Source: an uncultured Lachnospiraceae bacterium (GTDB taxonomy: Bacteria; Bacillota; Clostridia; Lachnospirales; Lachnospiraceae). Taken from it: a stretch of DNA of 27,241 bases. Under the pieces are notes generated by a model. That model saw only the letters and a list, made by a program, of their open reading frames with translations, did no database searches and was not told the DNA's origin. Position numbers and translations under genes: made by a program. The DNA is taken from positions 1-27,241 of the forward strand of contig USSP01000001.1 of assembly GCA_900557385.1 (NCBI GenBank), read 5' to 3'. Below are positions 8,267-16,456 of this stretch, piece after piece (position 1 is the stretch's first letter; each line of letters opens with the position of its first letter).

Positions 8267-8398
8267 AGTATAACGGAAGGAGAAGCTGTTAAAACAGCCT
8301 TGAAAATCGTCGCACATGCAGCGGCGTTGGCTGTAAGCAAAGAAGGGGCCTCTGTCCCCATTCCGCAAAAACAGGAAGTAATGCAAAAAATTTATTGA
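8267..8398 (+). pseudogene. 3' remnant of a ribokinase/PfkB-family kinase
   Basis: SITEGEAVKTALKIVAHAAALAVSKEGASVPIPQKQEV matches the PfkB C-terminal helix (A..AAALAV...GA..SIP...EV). The upstream GAGD motif is absent. Confidence 0.65.
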
Positions 8399-9267
8399 AA
8401 AAGATAGGGAATGTAATTATACAGATAAAGGTTAACGGATTCATAGGCGTGTACCAGACCCTCTACTACTGTATAATGCAGATTTCCTTTCGACCAATCT
8501 TCGCTAAACCGGAACAGATCGTCGAGATGTTTCATTTCCTCAATTTGCGGAGTCAGGGAATGATAGGCGGGATCCTTTGTACCGGTAGCAGAGAAAATGT
8601 GAAAATCCGTTGCACCATAGCCGGCTTTCAGAATGGAATCATGTAAAGCCTGCGCTGTCTCTTTCGGATGAGAAGAGCCGCCCATGGGTTCAATGATCCA
8701 GCAGTCACCGCTCAGAGGGAGGAAATAGGAGAAATAATCCAGATTTTCCAGTAAGGCAAACCAGGTGGTACAGCTTCCCATGGAAAAGCCGCCAAATGCC
8801 CGATGCGTTCTGGAAGCTTTTAAGGAATCGGAGTCTGCGGTATTGGCGTAGGTATGGTATTTTCCTTCTACAGCAGGAAGGAGTTCATGAGAAAGTTCAT
8901 ATTGGAAAAAGCGTACGTTTTCCCTCTCCTGATCGGCTTGTGGTCTCCCGGTTCTGGAGATGACTTCTTTGTAATAAGAAGGAAACACAACAATCAAAGG
9001 CGCTAATTCTCCGGAATCAATACTGTAGTCCAACATATTTTTTACTTTACAGCAATCCAGCCAGGCATCGGGATTCCCACCGCCACCGTGCATTAAATAT
9101 AAAATATTATACTTCTTTTCCGTGTCATTGTGGTCGTAGCCATAGGGAAGATATACCAGCGCGTACTTGTCCCGCTTTTCGCCGGCCTGGTTGGTGGTTT
9201 CATAAGTCACCTTTTCGATGGAACCTCTGAAATTCACATCATGGTATTCGTACTCTTTCATTTTCAT
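8392..9267 (-). CDS. Cytoplasmic alpha/beta-hydrolase esterase (CE1/Fes-like)
   Basis: Motifs VYLPYGYD, LYLMHGGGG, nucleophile RAFGGFSMG and C-terminal His (GLVHAY). The likely start ATG 9267 forms an ATGA overlap with the MFS stop. No signal peptide. Confidence 0.85.
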   Translation of the reverse strand: MKMKEYEYHDVNFRGSIEKVTYETTNQAGEKRDKYALVYLPYGYDHNDTEKKYNILYLMHGGGGNPDAWLDCCKVKNMLDYSIDSGELAPLIVVFPSYYKEVISRTGRPQADQERENVRFFQYELSHELLPAVEGKYHTYANTADSDSLKASRTHRAFGGFSMGSCTTWFALLENLDYFSYFLPLSGDCWIIEPMGGSSHPKETAQALHDSILKAGYGATDFHIFSATGTKDPAYHSLTPQIEEMKHLDDLFRFSEDWSKGNLHYTVVEGLVHAYESVNLYLYNYIPYLFQ

Positions 9268-10421
9268 TTGTTTTGTCCTTTCTTTGTAATTTGAATAAAA
9301 GCTAACACAGCAACTCCGAACAGGAGAGCACATAAATAAAACAGTGTCCGGTATCCGGTAATTCCTGTAATGTACATAAGAATAGCACCACCAATCATGG
9401 GACCAAAGCCCTGGGCCACATCGGCACCCAGATAGAAAGTGCTGGTGGCAACGCCACTCTTTTTCTTCCCTACCAGTTCAATACAAGCTGCCTGAAGAGA
9501 AGGCTGCCCGGCGCCTTGTCCAATTGCTCTGAGGATGGCAGTGAGCAGAATCACGGAAAGAGAATTGCTTCTTGCCAGTAGGATCATGGAAAGAGCGGTA
9601 AGGAGCAAGCCGGGAATGACGGTAACGCGCAGCCCCTTTTTGTCCATAAGTTTACCCGCTAAGGGTCTGATCAAAAACAGGAAAAGAGCATATACAGTAA
9701 AATAAACGCTGATTCCGGTAATATTGAGTGCGTCCGAAAACAAAACCAGATAGGAAGCGATGATACCGTTAGAAAAGGAGTAGGTGGCTGAAATCGCCGT
9801 AAGCGGCAATGTCTTTAATGCAATAATATCATCAATATGGATAGCATTCCGCCCCTTTTTTTCTTTTTTCGGTTCATGAAAAAAGTGCAGAAGCAGGAAA
9901 CCGACAAGAGCAAACAGGGAAGAAACGAAAAAGGTAGTCGGCATTCCGAAGGCGTCTGCGATGGCGAGTCCCAGTCCCGGAGCTACAGCAGAACCCAGAA
10001 CATTTCCCAAACCTAAGTAGCCAATACCTTCCCCCATTTTATCATCAGGGATGAACTTGGAGGCGAGAGCAATTTGACATGTTCCGGAAAATGCAAAGCC
10101 TATTCCCACAAGGATGCGGAGCAATGTCAGTAAGGTCACATTCGAGGTCAGAGTGAAGCCCAAAAATCCCAGTGCAATCATGATATTGCTGGCTTTTAAA
10201 ATAGAGACATTCCGAAAGGTGTCTGCCATAATTCCACTGAAAGGTCGGCATATCAAAGAGGTGATGGAGAAAAGTCCTACAATAACCCCGGCTGTGGAAA
10301 GAGAGGTTCCAAGTTCTACAAGATATTTGGATAAAATGGTAGCTGTCATATTAAAAGAAAAGAAGTTTAACGTATTAATAATTAGTATGAAAATGAAGTA
10401 TTTGTTCCAGATCTTTGTCAT
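9264..10421 (-). CDS. MFS transporter
   Basis: 385 aa, about 12 hydrophobic helices, motif-A-like RPFSGIMADTFRN and RPLAGKLMDKKGLR. Confidence 0.9.
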   Translation of the reverse strand: MTKIWNKYFIFILIINTLNFFSFNMTATILSKYLVELGTSLSTAGVIVGLFSITSLICRPFSGIMADTFRNVSILKASNIMIALGFLGFTLTSNVTLLTLLRILVGIGFAFSGTCQIALASKFIPDDKMGEGIGYLGLGNVLGSAVAPGLGLAIADAFGMPTTFFVSSLFALVGFLLLHFFHEPKKEKKGRNAIHIDDIIALKTLPLTAISATYSFSNGIIASYLVLFSDALNITGISVYFTVYALFLFLIRPLAGKLMDKKGLRVTVIPGLLLTALSMILLARSNSLSVILLTAILRAIGQGAGQPSLQAACIELVGKKKSGVATSTFYLGADVAQGFGPMIGGAILMYITGITGYRTLFYLCALLFGVAVLAFIQITKKGQNK

Positions 10422-10458
10422 TGCGCTGCTCCTGTCTCAAAGCTATTGATATTTTCTC

Positions 10459-10509
10459 ATTTTAAAGGCGAGAAGTCTTTCACTTTTCAAATAATTTTTA
10501 TTACTTTTC
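10459..10509 (-). promoter_or_regulatory. Putative activator-dependent promoter of the MFS-esterase operon
   Basis: Minus-strand -10 TAAAAT at 10464-10459. ACTTTTC direct repeats at 10482 and 10503 are 21 bp apart, and the proximal one occupies the -35 position. Confidence 0.4.
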
Positions 10510-10546
10510 CGTTTTTTTTAATCTGATTTTTCTTTTTCGCAGTAAC

Positions 10547-10575
10547 TTGATGAAGAAAAGTAGGGTTGCTATAAT
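10547..10575 (+). promoter_or_regulatory. SigA-type promoter of the AraC gene
   Basis: TTGATG(10547-10552)-17 bp-TATAAT(10570-10575) with an extended -10 TG. Confidence 0.65.
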
Positions 10576-10600
10576 GGAAAAACGGGAGGAAAGTGCAATT

Positions 10601-11855
10601 ATGAGCATTTCAGGATCAGAAAACCAATACTTTCGAGACACTGATTTCATTTCTTATGCGACCTTTAATTTGCTGACAGCGCGACAGGCAAATAGGGAAT
10701 ATGCGATGAGTCTGCTTCATGAAAGAGGCTATGATATTCAGCAAGACTCTAATGTTCAGATTATATTGGTCGACATAATTCCATATTTTCCTCAGAATGT
10801 AGAAAAGAAGTCCGATGCTGCAATGCAGGAACTGTTGATGCGTGTATCTCAGAAGTATTTTCCGTCTTCGAATATAGATTTTCTGGTATGTACGAACCGA
10901 TACAGACAGTATCTGGTTTTGCTGTGTAGTAATACGGATGAATTGGAACAGATTACCAGAGAAAGTTACAACAGCTTTTACGAGTTCCTATGCAGGGAAT
11001 TTACTTTTTCTTTTTCCTGTTACCTTTCAGAAATCGGTAAACTGGGAATCATTAAAGAGGTGCTTCTCCCGTGTGATCGAATGTTAAAGGATAATGTATC
11101 AAAAACACCGGGACTTTACTTTCTGGAAGACGGAATGTCATCTGCAGAGACTGTAAGTGTAGGGGATCATTTGGCCAGCTGGGAACAACTGTTAAACAAT
11201 CAGCAATTTTCTCTGTTGAAGGAACAGCTTCTGGCTTTTATTGATTTTCACAGTGCCACAGGAAAATTTAATCAGAAAAGCTTGCGTGCTCTTCATCAGG
11301 AATTGACAAAGCTCTTTTTTGTATACACTTATAAGAGAAACCTTGATATGCAAGAACTGTTTGAGGATACCTATAGTTATGATGAATTCATGAATTGTTT
11401 TCAGAACGTTTTTTCCTTAAAACAGGGTGTTTCCCATTTTATTCAGGCAATTTCCACGCTGCCGGAAAAAGAAAGCGCGAAGGGAACGATACAGGAGGCA
11501 ATGGATTATATTACAGAGAATCTGTCGGACAGCTTTTCTATCAGTGATGTGGCAGAGTTTGTTCATTTCAGTCCGGAATATCTTTCAAAGAGATTTAAGG
11601 AAGAAACCGGGCAAAATATCAAGAAATACATATTAGAAAAGAAGCTGGAGGCAGCTAAAAATATGTTATGCAATTCCACGATCCCGATTCATGAAGTTGC
11701 TGTGATGGTGGGGTACTGCAATTTCTCCCCTCTCGCAGCTATTTAAAAAGTATGAAAACATGACCCCTAGCGAGTATAGAAAGCAGCATTTTTCTATTGC
11801 CTGCCGACAGGACGATTCGTATAATAAAAATAGAAACTTACATCCGATAAAATAA
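10601..11855 (+). pseudogene. AraC-family regulator with a frameshift in the second HTH (~11729-11732)
   Basis: GGAGG then ATG 10601. The frame ends ...VGYCNFSPLAAI* at 11746, but the missing AraC terminus SQLFKKYENMTPSEYRKQH lies in another frame from 11733 (stop 11855). Confidence 0.8.
11797..11825 (+). promoter_or_regulatory. SigA-type promoter upstream of the Rpn-like fragment
   Basis: TTGCCT(11797-11802)-17 bp-TATAAT(11820-11825). Confidence 0.6.
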
Positions 11856-11870
11856 GGGGTGAAAGAGATT

Positions 11871-12008
11871 ATGGGTGGACAGATTTTAGACTATGAAGCA
11901 AAGGATATCAGAAATAAGGGAATACAGATTGGAATTACTATCGGAAAAGAGGCCGGCAAACAGGAAGGCGAAGAAATAGCTTTAAAACTAATTCAACTGC
12001 TTATTAAA
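11871..12008 (+). pseudogene. Stand-alone C-terminal segment resembling Rpn/PD-(D/E)XK-family proteins, 3'-truncated
   Basis: (VKEI)MGGQILDYEAKDIRNKGIQIGITIGKEAGKQEGEEIALKLIQLLIK has the Gxxx-repeat helix typical of Rpn C-termini, with an AAGGGGTG RBS. The frame then runs into a terminator hairpin. Confidence 0.55.
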
Positions 12009-12012
12009 TTAA

Positions 12013-12049
12013 TGGGATGTGGAAGACCATTACGGTTTTCCACATCCCA
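12013..12049. terminator. Probably bidirectional intrinsic terminator
   Basis: TGGGATGTGGAA...TTCCACATCCCA 12-bp perfect stem, 14 nt downstream of the minus-strand stop at 12064. Confidence 0.75.
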
Positions 12050-12063
12050 ATTTTGCCATTTAT

Positions 12064-13977
12064 TTAGCCGTTCAAGGCGCCAACGGCACTCTGGGTACTG
12101 GGTAAAGCGAGAGATTGTCCCGCAAAGGTAACCCAGACGATGAATAAAGCACATACGATTGCGCCGACAATGATGCGACGTGTTTTCACGCTGAAATGAG
12201 TGGACAGAAGACTGTTAATTCCAAACATCGGAATGAGAGAGAAGCAGATACACATGAATCCACAGTTACCCATCATATAAGGGGTTTCTCTGTACAGGAA
12301 GGAAGGTTTCATGCTTACAAAGTAAACAATGTTCCAAACGATGTACATAACAGTAATTCCACCGATACCCTGTAACAGTCCGATTAACTGATTTTTTACA
12401 ATATTTGCATTCGTTCCTTTTTCTGTTTCCACATTCGAATCGTCTCGAAGAATTGCAGAGAACGCAAGGTTGCCGATTAAGAAAGATACAAAGAAAGGAA
12501 TGAAGTATTCTACAATATAAACCAATCTGTCAAGACGGAAGGTACGGATACAAGAAATAGGAGTAGCCATTTCCACATTTAATACGGTTTCTGTAATGCT
12601 GAGTCCGGCAAACAGGACAACAATAAGAATCAGAGCATACAGGATGGATTTTCCGATATAAGAAAGAGCCGTTTTTTTATCGCCAAAGGAAAGACCATAT
12701 ACTCTTAAATTTCCGCCATGTTTTTTACCATAAGCAAAGTGCCAGATTAAGAAGACAACCAGCATCAGAACAGAGTTTGCAATTGTCCACAATAAATACC
12801 CGGAGGAACTGGGATTAAAGGGGAACAGAGCAGTCTGCTTTACATTATTTTCACCGTAAACATAAGTCGGTACGAAAGTCAGTACCGGGATAAGGGTAAA
12901 GAGAACAATAAAGAAAGCTTTATATATCAGTCCACGTTTTCCTTCCAGTGTTTCTGTGGGGGCACTCTGCTCGGCGGTCAAAATTTTAAAAGGAGCAGCA
13001 TTCATCAGAAGGGTTGCAAAGGAAAGGAATACCATCAGAAAACCAAGTGTTTCCACAATACCTCCGGCATAACGCAGCCACCAGATCTGATTGGAAGAAT
13101 CAATCCAGTAGGGAGCAGCCATAGAATTGTTAAAGAATTCCAGACCATTGGTAAGGGCAGTTTTACTGATTACAGTAGTAACATGGGTGCAATCCTCTAT
13201 TGTATAAAAGATGCGCATTGTGCCATCCTCCCAGTTTCCGACACCTTCATTGAGATACTCGGAAATATTGGCACCGCCCCATTTTTCGCCGAATAAGGCA
13301 GCAGCAGCGTCGCCCCGCATATAGTCATAGTTCCATTCCGTACCGAAAATATGATGAAGTAAATCCTGCCCGCATTCATCGTAACGGGACATGTTTAGAC
13401 CAACATTGGTATGGGTAAGCACTTCGTCCAAAGCACCGCCGGTTACGGTAGGAGCCATATAACCATTGAGAAGGATTGCTTTCACCTGATCCGGATAAGC
13501 CTTTGCCATACCGGTTGCAGCATTACTTCCTTTTGAATGACCGGTTCCGCCCAATTGTGTGGAATCTACAAAATCCAGTGTACTTAAATATTCTGTTGCT
13601 GCAATACCACCATAGCTTCCGTCACCTTCTGCATCAGGAACATAATCGGAATCACCGTGTCCCTCCATCTCCAAGGCAAGAACAACATAACCACGGCGGG
13701 AAAGCTCAATGGTGTATGCGGCCATGGCAGAAATATAACCGTTATTTCCATGTGCGGTAATAATAGCGGGAGCAGGAGTAGCAGCAGTAGCATTCTGCGG
13801 TACATACAGATAACCGCTGATGTTGTAACCAGCCTGATCCTTGAATGTTACATGTTTTACGGACACGCGACCAAAGCATGTTTGAATCTGAGATGAAAAA
13901 ATAGCGCCCAGAATAAACAAAACTAGTCCTATAGCAAGCCATCGTTTGCTTTTTCCTAAATTTTTTGATGAATTCAT
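12064..13977 (-). CDS. Membrane-embedded alpha/beta hydrolase (N-terminal TM, hydrolase domain, ~8 C-terminal TM helices)
   Basis: Motifs PAIITAHG, LSRRGYVVLALEMEGHGDS and nucleophile elbow GHSKG; candidate Asp (YDE) and His (CTHVT); strong AAGGAGG RBS. Confidence 0.82.
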   Translation of the reverse strand: MNSSKNLGKSKRWLAIGLVLFILGAIFSSQIQTCFGRVSVKHVTFKDQAGYNISGYLYVPQNATAATPAPAIITAHGNNGYISAMAAYTIELSRRGYVVLALEMEGHGDSDYVPDAEGDGSYGGIAATEYLSTLDFVDSTQLGGTGHSKGSNAATGMAKAYPDQVKAILLNGYMAPTVTGGALDEVLTHTNVGLNMSRYDECGQDLLHHIFGTEWNYDYMRGDAAAALFGEKWGGANISEYLNEGVGNWEDGTMRIFYTIEDCTHVTTVISKTALTNGLEFFNNSMAAPYWIDSSNQIWWLRYAGGIVETLGFLMVFLSFATLLMNAAPFKILTAEQSAPTETLEGKRGLIYKAFFIVLFTLIPVLTFVPTYVYGENNVKQTALFPFNPSSSGYLLWTIANSVLMLVVFLIWHFAYGKKHGGNLRVYGLSFGDKKTALSYIGKSILYALILIVVLFAGLSITETVLNVEMATPISCIRTFRLDRLVYIVEYFIPFFVSFLIGNLAFSAILRDDSNVETEKGTNANIVKNQLIGLLQGIGGITVMYIVWNIVYFVSMKPSFLYRETPYMMGNCGFMCICFSLIPMFGINSLLSTHFSVKTRRIIVGAIVCALFIVWVTFAGQSLALPSTQSAVGALNG

Positions 13978-14008
13978 TTTCTTCCTCCTTTAAGTATGAT
14001 ATACTGTG

Positions 14009-14062
14009 TGTGAACGATTCCACAAAGCCGTAAAAAGAAAAAACGTTCTGTGAACGTTCACA
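14009..14062. promoter_or_regulatory. Two LacI-type operators
   Basis: Perfect palindrome TGTGAACGTTCACA (14049-14062) and variant TGTGAACGATTCCACA (14009-14024), both with a central CG, between the hydrolase and LacI genes. Confidence 0.75.
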
Positions 14063-14069
14063 CAAATAA

Positions 14070-14098
14070 AGTATAATCGCATGATAGAAAATATGCAA
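14070..14098 (-). promoter_or_regulatory. SigA-type promoter of the membrane hydrolase gene
   Basis: Minus strand TTGCAT(14098-14093)-17 bp-TATACT(14075-14070). The perfect operator begins at the predicted +1. Confidence 0.7.
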
Positions 14099-14181
14099 TA
14101 TCACAAATATGACAAATAATATTTTACAATTTTGTATAATACTTACAAATCACAAGATGGATGAAAAGCGGAGGATATACA

Positions 14182-15174
14182 ATGAATATTAATGAAATTG
14201 CGAAAATGGCGGGTGTTTCCAGGACAACGGTATCCAGAGTGTTCCATGGTGGATATGTGAGTGAAGATGCTAGGAAAAGAATTGAAAAGGTTTTGCAGGA
14301 AACCGGGTATGTGCCAAACGCAAGGGCACAAGCTCTTAGGATGAAGCGTAATCATTTACTGGGGTTATTGGTTCCCGGAGTAGACTCAGATTGTGTAAGA
14401 CACATGACAGAACAAATTTTAGAGGATGCGGAAGCAAAAGGATATCAGACTATCGTTATGTGTTATGCAGGATTGACAGACCGGTTGATTTCGCAGATAC
14501 GCACCTTGAAAAGTCGTGGTGCAGATGGACTGATACTGATGCTTACCACCTTTGATTCGGCTATTGATAAAGAATTGAATAATAGTGGTATTCCTTCTGT
14601 TACCATTGGTCCCAGCTTTTTTGAGGATATTGCCGGTGTGATACATGATGATGCGGAAGGTTTCAGAATGCTTACAAGACTGGTTGTTCAGAAAGGGTAT
14701 CGGGAAGTGGGTGTATTGTTTCCTCCGGCATTTGAGACAATGACAGCCATTCGTAAACATGCCATTTGGGAAGTGTTAAACCAAAATGCTATAACGATAC
14801 CGGAACAATGGGATATTTCCGATACGAGAGAAGGTTTGTCGCATTGGACATATAGTGACACTTTTGTACAGAAGGTTCTGGAACTGGAGCGTTTGCCGGA
14901 AGTATTTCTCGCCGGTTCTGACCGTTTTGCATTCCGGGTAATTGATGCCATGCAGAGCAAGGGCATCCGAATTCCGGAAGATGTAGCGGTTGCGGGATTT
15001 GGTAACACGGAAATTGGTCAGTATATGACACCGGCATTGACCACGGTGGATATTAATCCTCAGCTGCTGGTGGACAAGGCACTCTCCCTTTTGTTAAAGC
15101 AGATAGAAAGGGACGAAAGATTATGTGAGCATGAAAAGGTGGTTCCTTCTTTAATCCGGCGAAAAAGCTTATAG
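14182..15174 (+). CDS. LacI-family transcriptional regulator
   Basis: HTH NINEIAKMAGVSRTTVSRV, hinge GYVPNARAQAL, IPEDVAVAGFG and PALTTV; GGAGG before ATG 14182. Confidence 0.93.
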   Translation: MNINEIAKMAGVSRTTVSRVFHGGYVSEDARKRIEKVLQETGYVPNARAQALRMKRNHLLGLLVPGVDSDCVRHMTEQILEDAEAKGYQTIVMCYAGLTDRLISQIRTLKSRGADGLILMLTTFDSAIDKELNNSGIPSVTIGPSFFEDIAGVIHDDAEGFRMLTRLVVQKGYREVGVLFPPAFETMTAIRKHAIWEVLNQNAITIPEQWDISDTREGLSHWTYSDTFVQKVLELERLPEVFLAGSDRFAFRVIDAMQSKGIRIPEDVAVAGFGNTEIGQYMTPALTTVDINPQLLVDKALSLLLKQIERDERLCEHEKVVPSLIRRKSL

Positions 15175-15180
15175 GGAGAA

Positions 15181-16353
15181 ATGAATTTTATGGCAGCAGT
15201 CATTACCGTTTTTCTGATTAGTATAACCAACCAGTTTTTGACCTCCGTATTGGGGGTGTATTTTACAGACATCAATTGTTCTGTACTGGGGGCAGGATTA
15301 CATCTCAGCGTATTTGCCATCGGAACCTTAACCGGGAAATTGCTTTTGTTGATTTGTCCACCGGTTCCTTCCCGGAATCTTGTCACACTGGGCATGGGAA
15401 TTACGATTCTGGCGTGTGTGGGGTATCTGTTCGGAGGTATCTATCACCCTGTCTTTTCTGTTGCCGTATGGGTGTCTTTGTGCAGAGCAACACAGGGAAT
15501 AGGCTTCAGCCTTGCAAGTTCTGCATCACCCTCTCTTCTGACCAATTGGGGGGAAGGAAAATTAGCCAGAAAGGTCAGCAGCTATGGAATGGCGACAACG
15601 TTTGCGGCGTTGATTGGAAATCCCATTGCTCTGCAGATATACGGAAACATGACGAAGCAGAGGGCATTTCTATTGATATGTATTTTGATTTTGTCAAGTT
15701 CCGCTGTGGCTTGCCTTTTATGTCCGAAAACCGAAGACAGAGTAAATACCTATGAGGGCCTTTTCCGGAAAACACCACCTGAAACAAAGCAGAACGCTAC
15801 ACGCTGTGTAGGTATTGTATTCCTATTCTTTTTATGCTCTCAGATTTTGACCAGTATTTTTAATACATTGATACCTGTTTATACGAACCAGATGGGGCGA
15901 TTGGAACTGGCATCTGTTTTTATGGTAACAACGACGGTAGTGGCATTGCTGATCCGCATTATGATTCCCTCCCTCTTACAGAAAACAGGGAGTAAAAAAG
16001 CCATACTTATCGGGTCTGGATTGTATATAATCGGAGTTTGCTGCTGCGTATTTCCCTTTTTGCAGAATGTCGGGGTAAAAATCGTATTTGGCGGCATTTT
16101 CAGTGGTCTGGCAAATGGCATTTTGATGAGTGTATTTCACATTGAGATGTTAGGGAATGTTTCCAGGAATGCATATGCGAAAGTCAATATTATTTATCTT
16201 CTTGCCATTGATTTTTCTATGATTCTATCAGGAACCTTCTGGTCATCGGTGGTCAATCACTTTGGAATCAGGGAAGCTTTTTACATAGCAGCAGGTCTCA
16301 TGCTGCTGTTCGCAATCAGTTGCGGCATGAAAAAACACCGGGGCAATCTATAA
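15181..16353 (+). CDS. MFS transporter (divergent)
   Basis: 390 aa, about 12 hydrophobic helices, CRATQGIGFS motif-B-like segment; starts 6 nt after the lacI stop. Confidence 0.78.
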   Translation: MNFMAAVITVFLISITNQFLTSVLGVYFTDINCSVLGAGLHLSVFAIGTLTGKLLLLICPPVPSRNLVTLGMGITILACVGYLFGGIYHPVFSVAVWVSLCRATQGIGFSLASSASPSLLTNWGEGKLARKVSSYGMATTFAALIGNPIALQIYGNMTKQRAFLLICILILSSSAVACLLCPKTEDRVNTYEGLFRKTPPETKQNATRCVGIVFLFFLCSQILTSIFNTLIPVYTNQMGRLELASVFMVTTTVVALLIRIMIPSLLQKTGSKKAILIGSGLYIIGVCCCVFPFLQNVGVKIVFGGIFSGLANGILMSVFHIEMLGNVSRNAYAKVNIIYLLAIDFSMILSGTFWSSVVNHFGIREAFYIAAGLMLLFAISCGMKKHRGNL

Positions 16354-16456
16354 TTTTTTGCATCCCCGGTATAAATTTTAGTATGATTTTTTGTATTTCA
16401 GATGTAAACTAAAATAGTAAGGCTATACACGAATACATCTTTGAAAGAGCAAAAGA

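Noticed and set aside
8135..8398. ORFs 8135..8386(-) and 8195..8398(+) as intact genes
   Set aside because: They overlap each other, lack an RBS, and only their 3' ends resemble real proteins.
12009..12131. C-terminal half of ORF 11859..12131
   Set aside because: It reads through a terminator hairpin and antisense into the hydrolase gene, so it is read-through past a junction.
16337..16370. ACCGGGG...CCCCGGT hairpin as a terminator
   Set aside because: The stem is short with a bulged extension, overlaps the MFS coding end and has a weak T tract.
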